Shown here: positions 27,370 through 35,362 of the stretch, in pieces | Numbering within the stretch: position 1 is the first letter of the stretch | Layout: each line of letters begins with the position of its first letter | Source of the DNA: Acidimicrobiales bacterium | GTDB taxonomy: Bacteria > Actinomycetota > Acidimicrobiia > Acidimicrobiales > JBBSGY01 | Direction: 5' to 3' | Assembly: GCA_044220495.1 (NCBI GenBank) | Contig: JBGAQY010000004.1 | Coordinates: 11,069 to 75,068 of the forward strand | Length of the DNA stretch: 64,000 nt | Notes under the pieces: generated by a model | The model's database searches: none | The model's input: the letters and a program-made list of their open reading frames with translations, nothing else | Told to the model about the DNA's origin: nothing | Made by a program: the position numbers and the translations under genes

Positions 27370-28289
27370 CACGCCACTTCATCCGCGACGACGATCTGAC
27401 GCCGACCGAACAGCTGGAAATCTTGGATCTGGCAGACGAACTCAAGCGAGATCGTCTTGCGCGTCAACCGTTGGCTGGCCCCAAGACCGTGGCGCTGTTG
27501 TTCGACAAACCCTCAACTCGTACGCGCGTTTCTTTCTCGGTCGGTGTTACTGAGCTCGGTGGTGTGCCGATGGTGCTTGATTCGCAGACGACACAAGCCG
27601 GACGCGGCGAGCCCGTTGAAGACACCACGCGTGTGCTTGATCGGCAAGTTGCACTGATTGCGTGGCGCACTTACGAGCAGTCGAACCTCGAACGCATGGC
27701 AGCCATCAGTCGTGTGCCGGTGATCAACACCTTGAGCAACGTGTTTCATCCGTGTCAGCTACTTGCCGACCTGCAAACGATTCGCGAGTCAAAGGCGAGG
27801 TTAAAGGGCTTGACGCTTTCGTACTTTGGCGACACCAGTAACAACATGGCTCAGTCATATGTGTTGGCGGGCGCGGCGGCGGGCTTGCACGTGCGCCTCG
27901 CAGGGCCCGAACAACGCCAACCCGACGACGATGTCATCAAACTCGCGCGTGTCGCAGCAGAAAAGAGTGGTGGGTCAGTCGAATTCGTCACTGATGCAAA
28001 GACAGCTGCCTACGGTGCCGATGTGTTGGCGACCGACACATGGGCGTCAATGGGATCGGCTGCACTCGACGGTCGTGAGTTGGCGGCGTTGCGTCCGTTC
28101 ACGATTGACGCTGATCTGCTTGACGTTGCTGGTCCCGACGCAATCGTCTTGCACTGCTTGCCGGCGACGCGTGGCAAAGAGATCACCGGCGAGGTTCTCG
28201 ACGGTCCGCAAAGCAGGGCCTGGGACCAAGCCGAAAACCGTCTTCATGCGCAGAAGGCGCTAATGACGTGGCTGTTGGAGAAAGCATGA
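27366..28289 (+). CDS. argF: ornithine carbamoyltransferase
   Basis: 307 aa, with carbamoyl-phosphate binding STRTR (FDKPSTRTRVSF), HPCQLLAD and HCLPA motifs. Confidence 0.9.
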   Translation: MTRHFIRDDDLTPTEQLEILDLADELKRDRLARQPLAGPKTVALLFDKPSTRTRVSFSVGVTELGGVPMVLDSQTTQAGRGEPVEDTTRVLDRQVALIAWRTYEQSNLERMAAISRVPVINTLSNVFHPCQLLADLQTIRESKARLKGLTLSYFGDTSNNMAQSYVLAGAAAGLHVRLAGPEQRQPDDDVIKLARVAAEKSGGSVEFVTDAKTAAYGADVLATDTWASMGSAALDGRELAALRPFTIDADLLDVAGPDAIVLHCLPATRGKEITGEVLDGPQSRAWDQAENRLHAQKALMTWLLEKA

Positions 28290-28320
28290 TCTTGGCGTTT
28301 GCAATGAACCACGTGACAGG

Positions 28321-28857
28321 ATGCCCACGATGAGTAAATCAATCCCCAACACACCCGTTGCTCGGCGAAGACGCATCGTCGAGCTGTTGGCCAAAGAGCA
28401 GGTCAAGTCGCAAGGGCAGCTCGAAAGATTATTGAGTGACGACGGCCTCGAAGTCACGCAGGCAACACTCTCTCGCGACCTAGAAGAAGTTGGCGCAGTG
28501 AAAATTCGTGACGAGCAGGGCGCACTTATGTATGCAGTACCCGAAGGAGTCGTGGGTGTGGGTGGCCGGCCAAATGCAGCTGAAATCTTGCCCGAGAGCC
28601 GGCTGGCCCGGTTGTGCGAAGAGCTGCTGATTTCGGCCAATCCGTCGGCGAACCTCGTTGTGGTGCGCACGCCTCCTGGTGCCGCTCAATTCTTTGCTTC
28701 GGCTCTCGATCAAGCCGAGATCGAAGGCCTGATTGGCACGATCGCCGGCGACGACACCGTGCTCGTGATCAGTGCCGACCCCGTGGGCGGTCCTGGCCTC
28801 GCTCGCTACCTGACTGGTCTCGCGGAAGGCGCTTATCGCAGATCAAACGACGCTTGA
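28321..28857 (+). CDS. argR: arginine repressor
   Basis: 178 aa. It has an N-terminal winged-helix region (RRRRIVELL...VTQATLSRDLEE) and a C-terminal oligomerisation domain (GTIAGDDTVLVI). Confidence 0.85.
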   Translation: MPTMSKSIPNTPVARRRRIVELLAKEQVKSQGQLERLLSDDGLEVTQATLSRDLEEVGAVKIRDEQGALMYAVPEGVVGVGGRPNAAEILPESRLARLCEELLISANPSANLVVVRTPPGAAQFFASALDQAEIEGLIGTIAGDDTVLVISADPVGGPGLARYLTGLAEGAYRRSNDA

Positions 28858-29054
28858 GCCAAGCCGTCGACTGGTAAACGATCCGACCGGATCACCGGTT
28901 TGTCCGATTTTCTCTGCGAGCAGCCGGCAGACCGCCTAGGTTTTCGGGGCGCTCTTGCGTGTTTGCCTGATCGTCGGCGATGGATAGGTGCTTCTGGCGC
29001 CCTTCCGTAGTCGAGGTGGGTGAGCGAGAATAAACAGGGAAGGAGGGCTTTGCG

Positions 29055-29873
29055 ATGCCACGACCACTATGGAATGGATCGATCAGCTTCGGTTTGGTGA
29101 ATGTGCCGATCAAGCTGTTCAAGGCGCAGGCCCCAAAAGACGTTCGTTTCCACCAGCTGCATCAAAAAGACGGGGTTCGCATCCAGCAAAAGCGGGTGTG
29201 TCCAGCGGATGGTGAAGAGGTCGCTTACGACGAGATCGTCAAGGGATACGAAATCTCATCCGACCGATACGTCTTGATCGACCCTGAGGAACTTGCCTCG
29301 CTTGATCCCAAGGCAACCCACACGATTGAGATCCTCGACTTCGTTGACCTCGACGAGATCGACCCGGTGTATTTCGACAGCGGCTATTACGTCATCCCCG
29401 ACACGCGCGCTGAAAAGCCCTACGCGTTGTTGGTTGCCGCGATGGATGCCACGCACAAAGTCGCCATTGCTCGCTTTGTGATGCGCACCAAAGAGTATTT
29501 GTGTGCCGTGCGTCCGAAAGATGGCGCTCTTGTGCTCGAAACGATGTTCTACGCCGACGAGATTGTTTCGACTAGCGAGTTCGAGCTGGGTTCTGGCGAC
29601 CTCGAGCCGCCGGCCGAGCGCGAGCTCAAGATGGCTACTTCGCTAATCGAGTCTCTTTCAGGCGACTTCGAGCCCGAGAAGTATCGCGATGAATACCGCG
29701 ACAAGGTCATGGCGATGGTCGAGGCCAAGGCCGAGGGCAACGAGATCGTTACGCAGTCTGATGTTGCTGAGCCGGCGCCGATCGTCGACCTGATGGCTGC
29801 ACTCGAAGCAAGTTTGGCGGCTGCGAAAGAAAAGAAGGATGCCGAGCCCAAGGCTAAGCGGGCTCATGCATGA
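29055..29873 (+). CDS. ku: Ku DNA end-binding protein (NHEJ)
   Basis: 272 aa, with MPRPLWNGSISFGLVNVPIKLF at the N-terminus and a basic C-terminal tail. GGAAGGAGGG lies upstream of the ATG. No ligD gene is in the window. Confidence 0.9.
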   Translation: MPRPLWNGSISFGLVNVPIKLFKAQAPKDVRFHQLHQKDGVRIQQKRVCPADGEEVAYDEIVKGYEISSDRYVLIDPEELASLDPKATHTIEILDFVDLDEIDPVYFDSGYYVIPDTRAEKPYALLVAAMDATHKVAIARFVMRTKEYLCAVRPKDGALVLETMFYADEIVSTSEFELGSGDLEPPAERELKMATSLIESLSGDFEPEKYRDEYRDKVMAMVEAKAEGNEIVTQSDVAEPAPIVDLMAALEASLAAAKEKKDAEPKAKRAHA

Positions 29874-31546
29874 GCCGAGGTAGTCGCCACCGACGGGCAC
29901 ACACGCCTCAGCACGCGCGATTCACGTTGCGAGGCTTTTTCGGTCTTGCCAACTCGAGCGCGTTTAGCGAACGCACGTTGCACCCGAGCCTCGTCGCTAC
30001 ATACCGTTTGCGAACGGTCGCTGTTGGTGCGCTCATAACCGCAGCGGCGCTCGTCAATCTCGTGATCTACATGTTTTTCAGTGGATCAGACGGTATGTCG
30101 CAGAGTGGCTTCTTGACGGTAATGGTCTCGGGGATTGCCGCCCTCGCCGGCATCATTCTGACGCCGTGGAATCGCGTGCTCGTCACGAAATGGGCGTTGC
30201 GCGCGTTGTACGCGTGGTCTGTTTGCGGAATCTTGCTCATCAATTTGAGCATCTACTTCGACGGCGGTGGCGAGTCGGTTCTCTACGCAATGCTGCCAAT
30301 ACTCATTGTGTTCTTCGCGATTGCCTATCCGCAGCGAGCTCAGGCGCTGTTGTTTCTCGTTACGGTCGGCGCTTACTGCCTTGCTGTTGCACTGCGCGGT
30401 TGGGATCTCACCGCTGCTGAGGTCTACGTGCGCATGGCCAGTCTGGTGATGATGGCGTATGTCGCAAGTGTGTTGTCAGGTTGGTTGGCCACTGAGATGC
30501 GAGATCGCGCGCATTCATCCACGACTGCCGAACAGCGTGCTGGAATGCTCGACACCGTTGCCCGTGCTGCTCGACGCATCAGCTCGCTCGACGCCTCGCA
30601 CGTGCTCGGGGGAGCGTTGTCGGGCGCAATGGAACTTGGTTGTTTCGAGGCTGAAGTGTGGTTGCTCGACGGTGATCCTCCGATCCTCACTCTGCAGCGC
30701 CGCATTGCGATGGAACTCTCGTCTCCCCACGAAGAACTTGCCTCCAAGCTGTTCGGCCAAGCGCGCCTTCTTGGCACAACGCAGATCACCGAAGTCGGAA
30801 CCGACCGCGTTGTCGCTTGTTTGTTGCATCGCGAAGGCGAGCCGGCCGGCATCTTTTTGGTGCGCATGACTGAGAACGACAGCGAAGACCTATTGGTCAT
30901 CGAGTGTGTGGAGTTGCTGTCGGCGCAAGTGAGTGCGGGTCTCGATGTTGCTCGTAACGTCGCTGAGCGCCGCGGCCTTGAAGAGCGACTTGCTCACTGG
31001 GCGTTTCACGACTCGCTTACCGATCTGCCAAATCGCGTTTTGTTTGCCGACCGTCTGGAGCTCGCACTGGCTCGAACAGCGCGCGATGGCACCAAGGTCG
31101 CCGTGCTCTTCCTCGATCTCGACAACTTCAAGACGATCAACGACACATTGGGACACAGCGCGGGCGATGAGTTACTGCACGCGGTGGCGCACCGTTTGCA
31201 TGCATGTTTGCGACCCAATGACACCCTCGCTCGTTACGGCGGCGACGAGTTCGTCGTTTTGGTCGAACACGTCGAAAGTCCAGATGCCGCAGTGCTCGTC
31301 GCCCAACGCATCCTCGATTCGCTGAGCCGCCCGATATCTGTTGCCGGACACGACTTGTTGGTCAAAACGAGTATCGGAATTGCAATGACAGGAGCGCGTC
31401 CTGGTGCTGATTCAGACGTTCTGCGCAGAGCCGACATTGCGATGTATGACGCAAAAGCACGTGGCGGATCTTGCTATGTGCTTTCAAATACGCCTGCTTC
31501 AGACCTTCAATCCGTTAAAGATCCGCACCAAGAAGAGGCGAGTTAG
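29870..31546 (+). CDS. membrane-anchored diguanylate cyclase (GGDEF domain)
   Basis: 558 aa. It has about 6 N-terminal TM helices, a central GAF-like region and a C-terminal GGDEF domain. The active site (RYGGDEFVV) is intact and an RxxD I-site (RPND) lies 5 residues upstream. The ATG overlaps the ku stop (ATGA). Confidence 0.85.
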   Translation: MSRGSRHRRAHTPQHARFTLRGFFGLANSSAFSERTLHPSLVATYRLRTVAVGALITAAALVNLVIYMFFSGSDGMSQSGFLTVMVSGIAALAGIILTPWNRVLVTKWALRALYAWSVCGILLINLSIYFDGGGESVLYAMLPILIVFFAIAYPQRAQALLFLVTVGAYCLAVALRGWDLTAAEVYVRMASLVMMAYVASVLSGWLATEMRDRAHSSTTAEQRAGMLDTVARAARRISSLDASHVLGGALSGAMELGCFEAEVWLLDGDPPILTLQRRIAMELSSPHEELASKLFGQARLLGTTQITEVGTDRVVACLLHREGEPAGIFLVRMTENDSEDLLVIECVELLSAQVSAGLDVARNVAERRGLEERLAHWAFHDSLTDLPNRVLFADRLELALARTARDGTKVAVLFLDLDNFKTINDTLGHSAGDELLHAVAHRLHACLRPNDTLARYGGDEFVVLVEHVESPDAAVLVAQRILDSLSRPISVAGHDLLVKTSIGIAMTGARPGADSDVLRRADIAMYDAKARGGSCYVLSNTPASDLQSVKDPHQEEAS

Positions 31547-31851
31547 CCAACTTCTCAGGTAGTCCTTAGGCCCTGAAAAACGCCGCTAAATCGAGCTGAA
31601 TCGATCTTTTGTGCATCATCATGAAAATCGCTGTCACAAAGCGCGTTCTTTTCGAAAAAGCCTAAAAAAGATATAGACAAGCGCCACTTGGCTCATCAAT
31701 ACTGTGTGCCATTCCGGTTGGACAAGCGAGTGGTTCCAGCGCGTGCGCACGGGAACACATGGTGTTCTATCGGAATTGTTGCAGTTCTGAAATTGTTGAA
31801 GCGTTGTAATTCTTTTTTGTTATTCAACCGTGCTGAGGATGTGAGCTTGTA

Positions 31852-32085
31852 ATGAAGAAGTTGTCATGGCAGAACCGTGCGGCCTGTCGCGGCATCGACA
31901 CAGAAATCTTCTTCCCAATCTCTGATGAAGAGGCTGAGCCTGCGAAGGCTGTGTGTGGTGCTTGTCCCGTGCGTGAAGCGTGTCTCGAACACGCCCTTGC
32001 TGACCGCGAACGTGAAGGCGTTTGGGGTGGAGCGACCGAGCGCGAGCGTCGGCGCATTATCCGCCAGCGCAGGAAGTCCGCGTAG
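31852..32085 (+). CDS. WhiB-family transcriptional regulator
   Basis: 77 aa, with a four-Cys cluster (AACRG...CGACPVREAC), a GVWGG turn and a basic tail. It is preceded by a ~300 bp AT-rich leader. Confidence 0.9.
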   Translation: MKKLSWQNRAACRGIDTEIFFPISDEEAEPAKAVCGACPVREACLEHALADREREGVWGGATERERRRIIRQRRKSA

Positions 32086-32091
32086 TCGAAC

Positions 32092-33177
32092 TTGCCTGGG
32101 CTCGAGCCGTTCGGCGGATGGTCAGGTGTTCTTAGCCGCGTAATTGCGGGTGAGCGTCTCACCACCGCTGAGGCTTCAGGAGTTATGACCGATGTATTGC
32201 AAGGCAATGCAACGGCATCACAATTGGCGGCGCTTTTTTGCGTAATGCGTTCTCGTGGCGAAACCGTCGACGAGTTAAGCGGATTAGCGCAAGCACTATT
32301 AGAAGCGGCGGTTCCGCTCGACGGTCTCGCCGCTTCTACGCGTGAACGCCTGGTCGACACATGCGGCACCGGCGGCGATCGCAGCGGCACGATCAACGTG
32401 TCGACCATGGCGGCATTGGTTGTTGCTGCCGCGGGTGTGCCTGTGGCCAAACATGGCAATCGAGCGGCGTCGTCACAGACGGGTTCGGCCGATGTGCTCG
32501 AAGCTCTCGGCGTCGCCATCGATCTTGGTGCTGAGTCGGTCGTGCATTGCATCGAAGCAGCGAACATGGGCTTTTGCTTGGCGCCGCGATTCCATCCTGG
32601 CTTCCGTCACGTTGCCCCGATTCGTCGCGAGCTCGGCGTTGGCACTGCGTTCAATTTCTTGGGCCCGCTCATCAATCCGGCGCGAGTTGTGCGTCAAGTC
32701 ATTGGCGTGAGTGATCCGTCTGTTGCTGAGCTCATGCTCGGCGTGTTGCGTGAAAACGGCGCTATGCACGCGATGGTGCTCTATGGCCACGACGGGCTCG
32801 ACGAACTAACAACAACGACAACGTCAACCATTCATGAGTTGCGCGACGGCGCCGTAAATGTTTACGAGGTCGACCCCACGAAGCTGGGTATTTCGCCGGC
32901 CGACCCTGCGTCACTGAGAGGTGGTGCGCCCGCCGACAACGCTGAACGAGTGCGTCACATTTTGAGCGGCGAGCAAAGCCCGCAGTCAGAGATAGTGGCG
33001 TTGAATGCAGCGGCTGCCCTCGTCGTCGGCGGAGCGGCAAGCAATATCGAAGAAGGTTTCGCCAAGGCGAGCGAAGTCTTGGCCTCAGGCGAGGCGGCCA
33101 CGGTGCTCGCTCGTCTCGCCGAGCAGTCGCAAGTAGAGCGTGAACGCGAAGACTTTCTGCGCAACGAAGCTCGCTAG
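32092..33177 (+). CDS. trpD: anthranilate phosphoribosyltransferase
   Basis: 361 aa, with CGTGGDRSGTINVST, HGNRAASSQTGSADVLEALG and NFLGPLINP motifs. The TTG start lies 6 nt after the whiB stop. Confidence 0.85.
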   Translation: MPGLEPFGGWSGVLSRVIAGERLTTAEASGVMTDVLQGNATASQLAALFCVMRSRGETVDELSGLAQALLEAAVPLDGLAASTRERLVDTCGTGGDRSGTINVSTMAALVVAAAGVPVAKHGNRAASSQTGSADVLEALGVAIDLGAESVVHCIEAANMGFCLAPRFHPGFRHVAPIRRELGVGTAFNFLGPLINPARVVRQVIGVSDPSVAELMLGVLRENGAMHAMVLYGHDGLDELTTTTTSTIHELRDGAVNVYEVDPTKLGISPADPASLRGGAPADNAERVRHILSGEQSPQSEIVALNAAAALVVGGAASNIEEGFAKASEVLASGEAATVLARLAEQSQVEREREDFLRNEAR

Positions 33178-33212
33178 CTCTTGGTTCGCATAGCGCAGGC
33201 CTCACTGGCCAG

Positions 33213-33288
33213 CCTCTTTCAACCACGCGATATAACCAAACACAGGCGTGTCCGTTGCTGTTTTTGGCCTTATCGCGTGGCTGAAAGG
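33213..33288. repeat. palindromic intergenic repeat, copy C (76 nt)
   Basis: The arms are cctctttcaaccacgcgatataaccaaa and tttttggccttatcgcgtggctgaaagg, which are reverse complements of each other. An outer ccagcc/ggctgg pairing extends the stem. The copy lies just downstream of trpD. Confidence 0.8.
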
Positions 33289-33333
33289 TGATGGCTGGTA
33301 TCGCAGTCTGGGGCACTGTCACACCCCCTCGTC

Positions 33334-33558
33334 ATGATGGTCGGTATGGCAGAAATGACGATTAGTTGCACCGACTGTGCGTTGGCTGACGACGAAGCGG
33401 CCAAGGCTGAACATTGCGCAGATTGCATTGTCACGTTTATTAGCGGCCGAGATCCCGACGACGCCCTCGTAATCGACGCCGCCGAGGCGAGGGCCATGCG
33501 GTTGCTGGCAAACGCAGGTTTGATTCCTCGGTTGCGCCACGAGCGACGAGCGGGCTGA
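33334..33558 (+). CDS. small Cys-containing protein (CxxC...CxxC)
   Basis: 74 aa, containing ISCTDCALADDEAAKAEHCADCIV. It ends 13 nt before the GT4 gene. The start is uncertain because there are several Met codons in the first 8 residues. Confidence 0.45.
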   Translation: MMVGMAEMTISCTDCALADDEAAKAEHCADCIVTFISGRDPDDALVIDAAEARAMRLLANAGLIPRLRHERRAG

Positions 33559-33571
33559 CAGACTCGCAGGT

Positions 33572-34711
33572 GTGAGGCACTTGCTCGTCACCAACGACTT
33601 TCCACCCAAGCTTGGCGGCATTCAGTCGTATCTGTGGGAGCTGTGGCGGCGACTTCCGCCCGACGATGTGACCGTTCTTACGAGTCGCTACGAGGGGGCC
33701 GCTGAATTCGACAATCAACAGGCGTTTCGTGTCGTGCGAGCCAAAGAGTGGTGGTTGTTGCCGACGCCAAGACTAATTAGGCAAATAAACGATTTGGCCG
33801 ATGAAGTAGGCGCTCGATTTGTGGTGCTCGATCCGGCGTTGCCACTTGGCCTTGTCGGTCCGCACCTACGCAAGCCGTATGTCGTGATTGGGCACGGTGC
33901 TGAGTTCGTTATTCCGGCGCGCTTGCCGATTGCGCGCCAAGCACTGTTGAGAGTGGTGCGAAGTTCAGTGGCAGTCATTGCGAGTGGTGCGTACGTAGAG
34001 CGTGCTGCGCGCAGCCTTGGGCTTCCAGCCGGCATCGAATGCGTTTCGGTTCCGCCTGGGGTTGATCCGCAGCGATTTCATCCTTTGACAGGTCAGCAGC
34101 GAGCAGCGGCGCGCAGGCGTTACGGTGTCGGCGACGACGTGCCTCTTGTCGTTGGCGTGTCGCGATTGGTTCCGCGCAAAGGCTTCGACCGATTGATCCG
34201 CGCTAGCGCCCAGTTGCGCAGCGACGGTGTAAAGCTGCAAGTACTCATTGCCGGCAAGGGCCGCGAAGCAAAGCGTTTGCAGCAGCTAATCGACACACTC
34301 GAAGCGCCTGTGCGCATGCTCGGTCGCGTTGAAGACGACGATCTGCCTGAATTGCTGGGTGCGGCTGATGTGTTCTGCATGCCGTGTCACGACCGCTGGA
34401 TGGGCCTCGAGCGCGAAGGCTTTGGCATCGTCTTCGTCGAGGCTGCAGCAGCGGGGGTGCCTTCGGTGGCGGGTGACAGCGGCGGCTCAGCCGAGGCAGT
34501 CGAGAACAACAAGACGGGTTTGCTCGCACGCGGAAAGGTGACGTCAGGCGACGTTGCCCAAGCAATCCGGCGACTTATCGAAAGCGACGAAGCTCGAATC
34601 GAGATGGGCAGGGCCGCTCGCCGGGGTGCTGAAAGCACCTTTTCTTACGACCACCTTGCCGAACGCCTCTTGAACTTCCTCGATCAAATCGGGAAAGGCG
34701 TCCAGAGTTAG
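33572..34711 (+). CDS. GT4 glycosyltransferase, PimB'-like mannosyltransferase family
   Basis: 379 aa with a GTG start. The N-terminus LLVTNDFPPKLGGIQSYLWEL resembles actinobacterial PIM mannosyltransferases, and the C-terminal E-x7-E region is EGFGIVFVEAAAAGVP. Confidence 0.8.
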   Translation: MRHLLVTNDFPPKLGGIQSYLWELWRRLPPDDVTVLTSRYEGAAEFDNQQAFRVVRAKEWWLLPTPRLIRQINDLADEVGARFVVLDPALPLGLVGPHLRKPYVVIGHGAEFVIPARLPIARQALLRVVRSSVAVIASGAYVERAARSLGLPAGIECVSVPPGVDPQRFHPLTGQQRAAARRRYGVGDDVPLVVGVSRLVPRKGFDRLIRASAQLRSDGVKLQVLIAGKGREAKRLQQLIDTLEAPVRMLGRVEDDDLPELLGAADVFCMPCHDRWMGLEREGFGIVFVEAAAAGVPSVAGDSGGSAEAVENNKTGLLARGKVTSGDVAQAIRRLIESDEARIEMGRAARRGAESTFSYDHLAERLLNFLDQIGKGVQS

Positions 34712-34860
34712 GTCTCGAAAACGCGAAGTTGGTGCCAACTAACAATGTGGCGTCGATTAAGAGCCCATATCCAGCGTCGTTTGCCCAGAATCGGTGTAAA
34801 GCCGGCGAACGCTAAGCGCCCCTTGCTACGCTCGGGCCCAAATCTGGGTCCAGAAAGCAG

Positions 34861-35301
34861 ATGCCAATGATGGAGCAAGCGACTGAACGCGTAATGGTCA
34901 AGGCACCACCGCAACGTTGCTATGACATCGCCACTGATTTCGAGGCTTACGCCGACTGGTCGAGCGCCATTCAAAAGGTTGAAATCGTTGAGCGCGACAA
35001 CGAAGGTCGCGCCGAGTTGGTTCGTTTTCAGGCCGAGTCGATGGGTCGCAGCACACAGTTCACTCTTAGGTACGACTACTCCAATGCGCCGACGCGCCTC
35101 AGCTGGCAGCTCGATGAAGGAGACATTGAACGACGTGTTGACGGTGAATATTTTTTTGAGCCGGTTGACGATCAAACCGAGTTGACTTACCACCTGGTGA
35201 TCGAGCTTCGCGTTCCTATGCCGGGGTTCTTGAAACGACGCGCTGAAGGTCAAATCCTCGGAGCCGCTCTTCGAGAACTCAAGGAGCGAGCAGAATCCTG
35301 A
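34861..35301 (+). CDS. SRPBCC (cyclase/dehydrase-like) ligand-binding protein
   Basis: 146 aa. Contains VKAPPQRCYDIATDFEAYADWSSAI...YHLVIELRVPMPGFLKRRAE, typical of polyketide_cyc2/SRPBCC proteins. Confidence 0.75.
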   Translation: MPMMEQATERVMVKAPPQRCYDIATDFEAYADWSSAIQKVEIVERDNEGRAELVRFQAESMGRSTQFTLRYDYSNAPTRLSWQLDEGDIERRVDGEYFFEPVDDQTELTYHLVIELRVPMPGFLKRRAEGQILGAALRELKERAES

Positions 35302-35362
35302 GCGTGCTTCAAAAGTTCTTTCAACAGTCGGTGCAACGCGAGTTCAGCGGCGGTAGATCAGC

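Noticed and set aside
31824-32567. 247-aa minus-strand ORF
   Set aside because: It is antisense to whiB and trpD, both supported by strong motifs.
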